DNA from: Archangium sp. | Lineage (GTDB): Bacteria > Myxococcota > Myxococcia > Myxococcales > Myxococcaceae | Assembly (NCBI GenBank): GCA_031367385.1 | Contig: JANLPS010000026.1 | Coordinates: 1 to 29,807, forward strand | DNA: 29,807 bases | Direction of reading: 5' to 3' | Shown: one piece after another, positions 1 through 7,950 of the stretch | Numbering within the stretch: position 1 is the first letter of the stretch | How the letters are laid out: each line of letters starts with the position of its first letter | Position numbers and translations under genes: made by a program | The notes under the pieces: model-generated | Database searches by the model: none | Seen by the model: the letters and a program-made list of their open reading frames with translations, nothing else | Told to the model about the DNA's origin: nothing

Positions 1-2
1 AT

Positions 3-473
3 GCGACCAAGCAGCAGGCCACCTTCGCGGGGTACGGCCAACGCATCGGGTACTACCTCGAAGGGTCCTGGGGCATCCCCGGGGCGGTGGGGCTCACGCT
101 CGCCGCTGAAGGCGTCAGCAACTCGCCCGCCACCAACCTGGTCGCGCACGTCGAGGTGCCGGTGCTCGATTTTCTGCAGGTGTTCGGCAGCTACTACAAG
201 CGTGGCGTCACCGACTTCAAAGGCCTGATTTCGCTCGACACCACCACCGTGCTGTTCGCCGGGGCCCGGCTGCGCATTCTGCCGTTCTTGTTTCTCAACG
301 GCCGCGCCTACAAGACCTTTCGCATGAACCCGCAGCTGCAGCGGTATGACAACCAGTTCGGCTTCGTGATCGACCTCGAGGTCGGTTACGAGCTCAAGAA
401 GAAGGCCCCCGAGCCGTTGCCTCCCCAGGCCAACGAGGGCGCCGCCGTCTCGGTACCTGGGCAGCACCCGTAA
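3..473 (+). CDS. 5'-truncated hypothetical protein (C-terminal part), possibly an outer-membrane beta-strand protein
   Basis: The frame of ORF 87..473 stays open back to the window edge (ATKQQATFAGYGQRIGYYLEGSWGIPGAVGLT...), so the gene starts upstream. Alternating aromatic/hydrophobic strands (FGFVIDLEVGYEL) precede a Pro-rich tail. Stop is TAA at 471-473. Confidence 0.6.
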   Translation, partial: ATKQQATFAGYGQRIGYYLEGSWGIPGAVGLTLAAEGVSNSPATNLVAHVEVPVLDFLQVFGSYYKRGVTDFKGLISLDTTTVLFAGARLRILPFLFLNGRAYKTFRMNPQLQRYDNQFGFVIDLEVGYELKKKAPEPLPPQANEGAAVSVPGQHP

Positions 474-482
474 CCCACGTTG

Positions 483-510
483 GGAACTTCAGCTCGCCGA
501 CGCCTGTCGG
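483..510 (+). promoter_or_regulatory. Putative ECF/sigmaE-type promoter for the A2M-like operon
   Basis: GGAACTT (483-489), a 16-nt spacer, then GTCGG (506-510). This matches the GGAACTT-N16-GTC pattern of RpoE-type sigma factors. RBS GAGGAG at 525-530 lies 8 nt before ATG 539. Confidence 0.5.
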
Positions 511-538
511 TCGCCCCCGCACTCGAGGAGAACGCTTC

Positions 539-3500
539 ATGAAACGATTGGTTTGGGGCCTCGGCGCGCTGGCGCTCGTGCTCGTGTATGCCTCGACGCG
601 CGTGTGTTTGAGCAGCGGCTTTCGCTATGGGCTCTGGCTCGATGAATGCCCTGACGGTGAGCTGCGGCAGACCATCGAGCTGAGCGCACCCGGCCTGACC
701 CGCGGCGCCCAGGCCACCATCTCGGTCGGCGTCACCGCCCACTACACCACCGGCGACGCCGACCTGCTCAAGGCCGCGACCCTCACCAAGTTCACGCCCA
801 CGCTCACCCTGCTCGGCGCCGGAGACCCCAAGCCCCTCGAGCCCAAAGACGGGTGGAAGCAGAACGGCCACGAGTACTACGCGACCGTCGTCTTGCCGAA
901 GGTGAATGACGGCGACTACCAGCTTCACGCGTCGGTGGCCTCGCAGCTGGGCACTTCGGTGCTCGACGTGCCCTTGCCGCTCTATTCGCCCGCGCGCATT
1001 CACGTGCTGACCGATCGCCCGCTCTACGAGCCTGGCAATACCGTGAAGTTTCGCGCCGTTGTTCTCCGCGCGAGTGACTTGTCTCCGCTCGATGAGCGGC
1101 CCGGCGTGTGGCGGGTGAGCGACCCGAATGGCGAAACGCTGCTCGAAGAACGCGTCGCCGCCGGGGCGTGGGGCGTGGTCAGCGGCAGCTTTCCCATCGA
1201 TCGTGGGGCCACCAGCGGCACCTGGCAGGTCAGTTGGTCATCAGGCGACGCAACGCAGACGCGCGCGTTCACCGTGAAGCCCTTCACCCTGCCCCGCTTC
1301 AGCGTCGAGGCCTCCAGCGCCAAGCCGTTCTACCGCCGCAATGAACGCCCGGTACTCAAGGGCTCGGTGAAGTACTCATCAGGCGCGCCCGTCGCCAAGG
1401 CCAAGGTGACCCTCTCGTGGAGCGTCTCCGGCCAGTGGCCGGCTCCCACCAGCTGGGTCGATGGCACCGCGTTGCCCAAGGTCGCGGTGACCTCTGAATC
1501 GGGCACCTTCTCGGTCGACTTGCCCGCGGTGCCTGAAGACTTGCAGCACCAGGCCTCGCTGATTGCGGCGTTGTCGGCGGTCGATGCCTCTGGCGACGTG
1601 GTCGAAGGCTCGGCGAGCGTTCTGCTCAGTGAAGACTTGATTCAGGTCTCTGGGGTCACTGAGCTCGCCGATGGCCTGGTCGAGGGGTTCAACAACCGGT
1701 TGTACCTGCGCGCCACCACCGCCGATGGGCGAGTGCTCGATGGCGTCACCCTCAACGTCAAACGCCTCTGGGAGCCCACCGACAAGGGCACCGATTCGAC
1801 CGTCGATGAAGACGGCGTCGCGAGCCTGCAGGTCGACCCCGGCCCCGCGGTGAACGTGGTCATCCCCGCGATGCCGTTCAGGCCTCCGCCGAAAGCGAAG
1901 CAGGTCAGCCGCACCGCTTTGAGCGACCTGCTCGCCGACGAAGAAATTTCACTGGGCGATCGCCTGGCGTTCGACCGCATGGAGTCTCGCCTCACGCCGT
2001 GCACCCGGTTTGCCGGCCCCAGCGGCAACTCGGCGCAGATCGGCATGTTGGTCGACCCCAGCGGCTCGGTCAGCGCGACCTCGGTGCCCGCGGGGCGACT
2101 GGGCAAATGCCTTCGTGAAGCGCTCAGCGCGCTGCGCCTCGACACCGGCCACGAGCGGCTGGTGCAGGCCACGTACTCGTTCAATGACGAAGATTTACCC
2201 TCGATGACCTCGTCGATTCGCGGGTTGCCGGGCGTGCCCTCGGTCGTGCAAAACGCCATCGACTCGGCGCTCCCCGAGGTGCGCGAGTGCCTGCCCGCGA
2301 CGGTGACCTCGGGTCAGCTGAGCCGCATGGCGACGTGGAAGTACGTACCCACCTCTCGCGAGCTCGCGTTGACCTGGCTGCCTGACCCCGCAGGCGCTCG
2401 CTATGCCGATTCGATTCTGTCTTGCGTGCAGAGCAGGCTCGGCAAGCTCAAGTTGCCCAAGCCCGCCACTGCGCCCTCTGATGACGAAGACGAAGACGCC
2501 GCGAATCAGGCCGGCGCCGTCGGCATCGCCCAGTTCACCATCGACGCCCCCGACAAATACGAAGCCCAGCGCCCCCAAGAGACCGTGCTCACCGGCTACG
2601 AATTTCTGGTCACCGCCAAGCGCGGCAAAGAATCGCTCGGCACCACCAAGCTGTTGATGATGCCCGGCGCGGTGCCCAATGTTCGGCTGCGCGCGAATTC
2701 GCAGATCATCGAGCCCGGCAGCCAGGTCACCGTCGACATCTTGCGCGGCCCCAACTTCACCGGTGAGCTGCCCGACGAGCTGTACCTGATGCACAACGCT
2801 GAGGCGGTCAAAGCGACCGTCGACAAAGAGAAGCGCAACGTGACCTTCGCGGTGCCCGCCGACTACGAAGGCTGGGCCTCGGTGAGCTGGAATAACGCGC
2901 GGGTCGTCTTCTTCGTGAAGCCCAAGGCCTTGCTGGCGGTGAAGGTCACCCCCGAGAAGACACGCTATGCGCCGGGTCAGGTCGCCCAGCTCGGCATCGA
3001 GACCAGTGTCGCCGGTGTCGGCAGCCAAGCCGCGGTCGGGCTCTTCGGCGTCGATGAGAGCCTCGCGCAGCTGATGCCGTTGCCGGGCGCCGATGAGCTC
3101 GCCCCGCTTCGCCCACAGGTCGGCTCGAGCGCCGCCTTCGGAGGCCTCGATGCGCAGGCCTTGTCGATGGGCCGGGTGCGAGGCCGCAACGCCGCCGCTG
3201 CCACGCTGCTGCGGGTCACCTCACTGCCGGCGCCTCCAGAGACCGAGCGCCCGGTGAACCTGCAGGGCCGAACGTTCTTCGACCCGAACGAGCCGCTGGT
3301 CGACCGCTTCTACGTGGTGCTGCAAGAGCTGCACGTGCAGGTCAGCGACTGGGAGGCGCACGCGCCCGAGACCGAGAAGATGAGCCCGAAGACCATGGCT
3401 TCATTGTGGAAAAAGGCGATCGCCTCGGTCGAGGCGCGAAAAGAATCAGCCAGCGACGCCTGGGGCCGGCAGCTGCGACTCTTCAGGTTGCCCGCCGACT

Positions 3501-3601
3501 TGTTGGCGCTCACCGAGCCGCGCCAGGTCGTCATCGATGGCAAGCGGTTGCCTGAAGACACTGAAAATTGGTCGAGCTGGGTCGCGAAGGAGAAGCCATG
3601 A
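539..3601 (+). CDS. Alpha-2-macroglobulin-like protein, N-terminal half (MG2/A2M_N domains)
   Basis: 1020-aa ORF with an N-terminal signal/TM. It has the MG2 signature HVLTDRPLYEPGNTVKFRAVVL...VKPFTLPRFSVE and an A2M_N_2-like motif LAVKVTPEKTRYAPGQ...VGLFGVDESL. Strong RBS. Confidence 0.85.
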   Translation: MKRLVWGLGALALVLVYASTRVCLSSGFRYGLWLDECPDGELRQTIELSAPGLTRGAQATISVGVTAHYTTGDADLLKAATLTKFTPTLTLLGAGDPKPLEPKDGWKQNGHEYYATVVLPKVNDGDYQLHASVASQLGTSVLDVPLPLYSPARIHVLTDRPLYEPGNTVKFRAVVLRASDLSPLDERPGVWRVSDPNGETLLEERVAAGAWGVVSGSFPIDRGATSGTWQVSWSSGDATQTRAFTVKPFTLPRFSVEASSAKPFYRRNERPVLKGSVKYSSGAPVAKAKVTLSWSVSGQWPAPTSWVDGTALPKVAVTSESGTFSVDLPAVPEDLQHQASLIAALSAVDASGDVVEGSASVLLSEDLIQVSGVTELADGLVEGFNNRLYLRATTADGRVLDGVTLNVKRLWEPTDKGTDSTVDEDGVASLQVDPGPAVNVVIPAMPFRPPPKAKQVSRTALSDLLADEEISLGDRLAFDRMESRLTPCTRFAGPSGNSAQIGMLVDPSGSVSATSVPAGRLGKCLREALSALRLDTGHERLVQATYSFNDEDLPSMTSSIRGLPGVPSVVQNAIDSALPEVRECLPATVTSGQLSRMATWKYVPTSRELALTWLPDPAGARYADSILSCVQSRLGKLKLPKPATAPSDDEDEDAANQAGAVGIAQFTIDAPDKYEAQRPQETVLTGYEFLVTAKRGKESLGTTKLLMMPGAVPNVRLRANSQIIEPGSQVTVDILRGPNFTGELPDELYLMHNAEAVKATVDKEKRNVTFAVPADYEGWASVSWNNARVVFFVKPKALLAVKVTPEKTRYAPGQVAQLGIETSVAGVGSQAAVGLFGVDESLAQLMPLPGADELAPLRPQVGSSAAFGGLDAQALSMGRVRGRNAAAATLLRVTSLPAPPETERPVNLQGRTFFDPNEPLVDRFYVVLQELHVQVSDWEAHAPETEKMSPKTMASLWKKAIASVEARKESASDAWGRQLRLFRLPADLLALTEPRQVVIDGKRLPEDTENWSSWVAKEKP

Positions 3602-5997
3602 AGAAGGTGCTCGTGTTGGGCCTCACCGCCGGGTTCATCGTGGTGATTTTTCTCTTCACCCTGGCCGCGCGGGGTGGCTCTGGGGCGATGAGCCCGGTGA
3701 AGTACAGAATGTCGGCGCATGCCTCCCCCGCCGACCGGAGCGCCAACGTGGTGGAGACGGAAGAGCGAATGATGGATGCTGCTCCTGCGGCTCCGGCCCC
3801 AAGCGCCGGGCCGGGCGACAGTTTCGGGGCCCTCATTGGTGGCAACAACAAGGGCGGCGCTGGCCTGCGCGGCGCGGGCGGCGGTGGGGCCCTCGCTGCA
3901 TTCGCGTCACCCAAAACAAAGAGCAAAGCCGAGGCCAAAAAAGAAGCCAGCGCACCCGTCGCCCCCGCTGAGAGCGATGGCGAAGGCGGAGGAGAAGCCA
4001 CCACCCGAGCCTGGTTCCCCGAGACGTTTTTGTTCGAGCCGCTGATCGTCACCGATGCCCAGGGCCGCGCCAATGTGCCGGTCAAGGTGCCCGACCGCCT
4101 CACCACCTGGCGGGTGCTCGCGTTGGCCCATTCGCGGCAAGGGGCTCAAGCCGGCGCGGTCGCCAGTTTCCTCGGCACGCTGCCGACCTACGTCGACCCG
4201 GTCACGCCTCCGTTTCTCTTCGCGGGCGACGAGGTCAAGCTGCCGGTGCAGGTCGTCAACACCACCACCTCCGACATCACCAGCGCGCTGCGCTTCGAGT
4301 CGACCGGCGCCACGCTCTCGGCCACCGGCGGCCCCGTTCGCGTACCCGCCGCGGGCAACACGGTGCAATACGTCACCTTGACCACCAAGAAACCCGGCGT
4401 AGTCGTGGTGAAGACCACGCTGGGCGGCACCGACGCGGTCGAGCGCACCATCGACGTGATGCCCGCGGGTAAACGCGAAGTGCTCTCGCGCGGTGGCTCG
4501 CTGGCAGCCCCCCGCAGCTTCGAGCTCGAGGGCCCCGCGAACGCGCTGCCCGGCAGCGAGCAGGTGCGGCTGCGCGTCTTCCCTGGCGCGTTGGGTCTGG
4601 TTCGCTCCGAGCTCTCCGCGGCTCCAGGACGAGGCGGTGTCGCTGAAGACGCGTATTTGCTGCAGCTTTTGGGTCGCGCGCCCGCGCTGCTGCACGCCCT
4701 CGGCGCCGAAGCCGACTTGCCCACCATTCGAGACCTGTCACTGCTGGCCACACAGCGGGTGATGCAGCACGCCCGGGCTCCGTCAGTCGACTCGGCCACG
4801 CTGCTCACTGAAGCCGCGCTGCAGCACCCCGACAACCCGGTCTTGGCGCGTCTGGGAGAACGGCTCGCGACCCAGGTCGCAGCCGCACAACGCCCTGACG
4901 GCACCTGCCAAGGCGCCACCGGGTGGACGTTGCAGCGTCTTCTGGTCACGACTGGAGAGTGCGTGCGCGCGGTGAAGGCGTCGAAGACCTCGCCCAAGGC
5001 TGAGCAACGGGCCGTCGCGGTCTCGCTCAAAGCCTCGGGGGCCTTCGAGCGCAACGCGGCGCGGGTGAATGACGGCTACACCGCAGCGGCGATTCTGGCT
5101 TCGGGGGCGGTCAGCGGTACCGTGGCCGACGCACTCAAAGCCATCGTGCTCGAGAACATCAAAGACGGCGAAGACGGTGCCAAGTACCTCGAGGTGCCCA
5201 CCGGTGTCGTGCGCGCCGACGGAGCTGCCCCCTCACGCGTCGAGGCCACCGGGCTGGCCGTGCTCGCCCTCCAAGGCGATGACAAAGCGCCACTGGCCGA
5301 CCTCGGCACCTATCTGCTCAGCGGCTACACCCCGATTTACGGCTGGGGTGACGGGCGCGCGAACCTCGTGTGTCTGCGCGCGGTCTCAGAGCTGTTCAAA
5401 GACAAGGTGCCCGCCGGAGTGGCCCTCACCCTCGAGCGCGACGGCAAGGTGCTCGCCGAGGGCAGCATCGATGCCTCCAAGCTCCAAGAGGTCATCTCGC
5501 TCGACGCCGACGCCACCGGCTCTTCGGGCAAGCACACCTGGTCGGTGAAGGCGAACCCGCCCGTGCCTGGCCTGGGCTACTCGCTGTCTCTCGTCGCCTA
5601 CACCCCGTGGCGCGACACCCCCGGAGGAGGCCTCGAGCTCACCACCACGCTCCCCGAGAAGCTCGAGGTCGGCAAGGCGGCCGACGTGCTGCTCACCGCC
5701 TCGATGCCGGGCGGCATGTCCACCAAGCTCCGGCTCGCGCTCCCCGCGGGGGTGCAAACCGATTCAGCCCAACTGAACAAGCTCGTCGCGGCCAACACCA
5801 TCTACCGTTTCGAGACCGAAGACGGCGCGGTGACGATGCATGTGCCGCCGCTCACGAATGGCGCGGTGTTCACCGCGGCGGTTCGGGTCATCCCCACGCT
5901 TGGAGGCCGCCTGCAGTCGGGCGCCTCGCAGCTCGAGCCTGAAGGCCGGCATCTCAACATGAAGTCATTCGCTCCTCGAACCTGGGTGGTCCAATGA
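3598..5997 (+). CDS. Alpha-2-macroglobulin-like protein, C-terminal half (A2M/MG7 and TED-like helical domain, no thioester Cys)
   Basis: Start placed at ATG 3598, an ATGA overlap with the upstream stop, giving MKKVLVLGL (signal/TM). A2M motif TRAWFPETFLFEP...VPDRLTTWRVLALA...PPFLFAGDEVKLPVQVVN, followed by a helical region with QRPDG and VEATGLAVLAL. Confidence 0.85.
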   Translation: MKKVLVLGLTAGFIVVIFLFTLAARGGSGAMSPVKYRMSAHASPADRSANVVETEERMMDAAPAAPAPSAGPGDSFGALIGGNNKGGAGLRGAGGGGALAAFASPKTKSKAEAKKEASAPVAPAESDGEGGGEATTRAWFPETFLFEPLIVTDAQGRANVPVKVPDRLTTWRVLALAHSRQGAQAGAVASFLGTLPTYVDPVTPPFLFAGDEVKLPVQVVNTTTSDITSALRFESTGATLSATGGPVRVPAAGNTVQYVTLTTKKPGVVVVKTTLGGTDAVERTIDVMPAGKREVLSRGGSLAAPRSFELEGPANALPGSEQVRLRVFPGALGLVRSELSAAPGRGGVAEDAYLLQLLGRAPALLHALGAEADLPTIRDLSLLATQRVMQHARAPSVDSATLLTEAALQHPDNPVLARLGERLATQVAAAQRPDGTCQGATGWTLQRLLVTTGECVRAVKASKTSPKAEQRAVAVSLKASGAFERNAARVNDGYTAAAILASGAVSGTVADALKAIVLENIKDGEDGAKYLEVPTGVVRADGAAPSRVEATGLAVLALQGDDKAPLADLGTYLLSGYTPIYGWGDGRANLVCLRAVSELFKDKVPAGVALTLERDGKVLAEGSIDASKLQEVISLDADATGSSGKHTWSVKANPPVPGLGYSLSLVAYTPWRDTPGGGLELTTTLPEKLEVGKAADVLLTASMPGGMSTKLRLALPAGVQTDSAQLNKLVAANTIYRFETEDGAVTMHVPPLTNGAVFTAAVRVIPTLGGRLQSGASQLEPEGRHLNMKSFAPRTWVVQ

Positions 5998-6199
5998 AGA
6001 CTCGCTTGATGCTGTTCACCGCCATCGCCGTGCTCGCCGCGTGTAAGCCCAGCAAGAAAGAGCAATTGTGAAGTACCCCCCTGAAGATCGCCTCAAGGGC
6101 ATGCACACGATGGCTGCTGAAGAGCTGGGCCACCCCTGGGTCTGCCCCGTGTGGGACATGGAGTACGAGACCGGCAACGGCTGCACACCCAAGAAATAG
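5994..6199 (+). pseudogene. Disrupted small lipoprotein gene (frameshift/internal deletion), or two tiny coupled ORFs
   Basis: ATG 5994 (ATGA overlap) gives MKTRLMLFTAIAVLAA|CKPSKKEQL* with a clear lipobox and stop at 6069-6071. A second frame, 6068-6199, reads VKYPPEDRLKGMHTMAAEELGHPWVCPVWDMEYETGNGCTPKK*. Its stop abuts the convergent AAA gene's stop. Confidence 0.55.
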
Positions 6200-7936
6200 T
6201 TACTTCTCGGCCAAGAGCACCTTGAGCTCTTTGACCCGCCGGGTGACGAACTCGCGCTCGAGGCCTTGAAAGACCGTGGGCAGCAGGTCGCGGCTGGTGC
6301 ACTCCTGCACCGCGACCAGGTTCTGCAGCTCGATCTCCAGCGGGTAGCTCGGCGGCACGAAGTCTTTGACCACCGCCTCGACGTCAGCCGTCGTCACCGC
6401 GTCGCGACCTTCGGTGACCGCCCTGAACTTCGAGCGAATCAGCACCGCCTCGATGTCGGCCCCCGAAAACTGCGCCTTGCTCAATGTCGAGAATGACGGC
6501 ACGTCGACCGAGACCTTGGTCTTCTTCTGCATCGCGGTGAACAGCTCGTCTCGCTCAGCGTCGCTCTGCGGGTAGAACAGCGCGATGTGCTCTTCGGCGC
6601 GGCCCTGGCGCTTCAAGTCGATTGGCAGCAAATCAGGGCGGCAGGTCAGCAAGAACCAGACGATCTTGCCCCGGTACTCGGTGTTGCCCATGAACGCAGC
6701 GATCGACGCGAAGATGCGGCTCGAGGTGCCTGAGTCACCACCCGCGTCGCGGTCTCCCAAGAAGGCGTCGGCCTCGTCGATCATCACCGCCACCGGCCAC
6801 AGCGCCTTGAGCAGGTTGAAGATCTTCTCCAAGTTCGCTTCGGTCACACCCTGCCACTGGCTACGAAAGTTCAAGAACTTCACGCAGGGTATGCCGATCT
6901 CCCCAGCGAAACAGGTCACCAAGAAGGTCTTGCCGGTGCCAACCGGGCCCGAGACCAGGTAGCCCATCGGCATCACCTCGATCTTGCCCTTCTTGAGCGC
7001 CTTCGAGGCGTCGCGCAGCATCTTCTTCGCCTTCGCGTGACCCGCCACCACGTCGAGGTTGTACGGAGGCTCGATGAACTCCAAGAGCCCGTGACACTCG
7101 GCCTGAATGATCTCCTTCTTCTTGTCTTTCAAGACCTCGGCCGTGATCTTGGTGCCCTCTTCGGTCGCCTCGGTCAGCAATCGGTCGAGGTTGATGCGCG
7201 AGAGCCCCGCGGTCATCTTCGCCAGGCCCGCCATCGGCACGTCGCTCACCGTCTGAAGCTTCTTGCCCTCGAGCTTCCACTTCACGAAGTCGAGCCGCTC
7301 ATCTTCGGTTGGCAAGCTGATCTCGATGTTCGCCACGTAGGGGTTGCGCGACATGCGCGGCGAGATGTCGGCCAGGTTCTCGACGATCAGCACGATCGAC
7401 AAATCACCCGACAAGAACTGCGGGTCGCCGGCCCACTTGATCAACGTGGCGAGCACGAAGCGGTCTTCTGACGAGAGGTGCGACATGTCGCCAGCGGGCG
7501 CCAACGTCTCGGCGAAGTCGATCACCAGCGCGCACGACTTGCCTTCTCCCACCCGCAGCCGAAGGTAGTTCTCGAGCACCTGCAGCGCGGGCCCGGGCAG
7601 CCGCGGCGGCACCTTGGCGTACTCCGACCCGTACATCGCGTCGTACCCGCTCAAGGCCCGGCTGAAGTCTTGGTGCGTCTCCGGCCGCTCGGCGCGAATA
7701 CCCGAGCTGCGATCGTAGAACAACACGTGGTCTCGCCCGCCGAACAGCTCATCAGACAAGAACTTCTTCAGGTTCTGAAAGTCTTTGCCCCCGTCGCCCC
7801 GCGAGATGGGTTGCAGGTCGCGCACCGCTCCGTAGAGCATGAAGGTGCTGACCGTGCGGGTGTAGTACTTCTGCGCGAGCTTCTGAGCCCAGGGCGGCAG
7901 CCCCGAGAGTGGGTTCTCTGCTTTGGTCTTCGCCAT
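6200..7936 (-). CDS. AAA+ ATPase with a degenerate N-terminal AAA module and an active C-terminal classical AAA module
   Basis: Walker A GPVGTGKT, pore loop SQWQGVTE, Walker B VMIDEAD, SRH-like TCRPDLLPIDLKRQGR and lid FSGADIEAV. The N-terminal half has degenerate FMLYGAVRD and LVIDFAE at the Walker positions. Confidence 0.9.
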   Translation of the reverse strand: MAKTKAENPLSGLPPWAQKLAQKYYTRTVSTFMLYGAVRDLQPISRGDGGKDFQNLKKFLSDELFGGRDHVLFYDRSSGIRAERPETHQDFSRALSGYDAMYGSEYAKVPPRLPGPALQVLENYLRLRVGEGKSCALVIDFAETLAPAGDMSHLSSEDRFVLATLIKWAGDPQFLSGDLSIVLIVENLADISPRMSRNPYVANIEISLPTEDERLDFVKWKLEGKKLQTVSDVPMAGLAKMTAGLSRINLDRLLTEATEEGTKITAEVLKDKKKEIIQAECHGLLEFIEPPYNLDVVAGHAKAKKMLRDASKALKKGKIEVMPMGYLVSGPVGTGKTFLVTCFAGEIGIPCVKFLNFRSQWQGVTEANLEKIFNLLKALWPVAVMIDEADAFLGDRDAGGDSGTSSRIFASIAAFMGNTEYRGKIVWFLLTCRPDLLPIDLKRQGRAEEHIALFYPQSDAERDELFTAMQKKTKVSVDVPSFSTLSKAQFSGADIEAVLIRSKFRAVTEGRDAVTTADVEAVVKDFVPPSYPLEIELQNLVAVQECTSRDLLPTVFQGLEREFVTRRVKELKVLLAEK

Positions 7937-7950
7937 GTGAACGTCGACGC

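Noticed and set aside
386..5952. Long antisense and alternate-frame ORFs over the A2M genes (e.g. 2195..3028, 3907..4695, 4188..5054)
   Set aside because: Shadow ORFs expected in high-GC coding DNA. They have no motifs and fully overlap well-supported genes.
6069..6071. TGA in the small lipoprotein as selenocysteine or readthrough
   Set aside because: The protein-like continuation is in a different frame, and the same frame hits another TGA shortly after (6117-6119).
6200..7936. Calling the AAA ATPase vps4 or ftsH
   Set aside because: No MIT domain, TM or HExxH protease motif is visible. Only a functional analogy to Vps4 is proposed.
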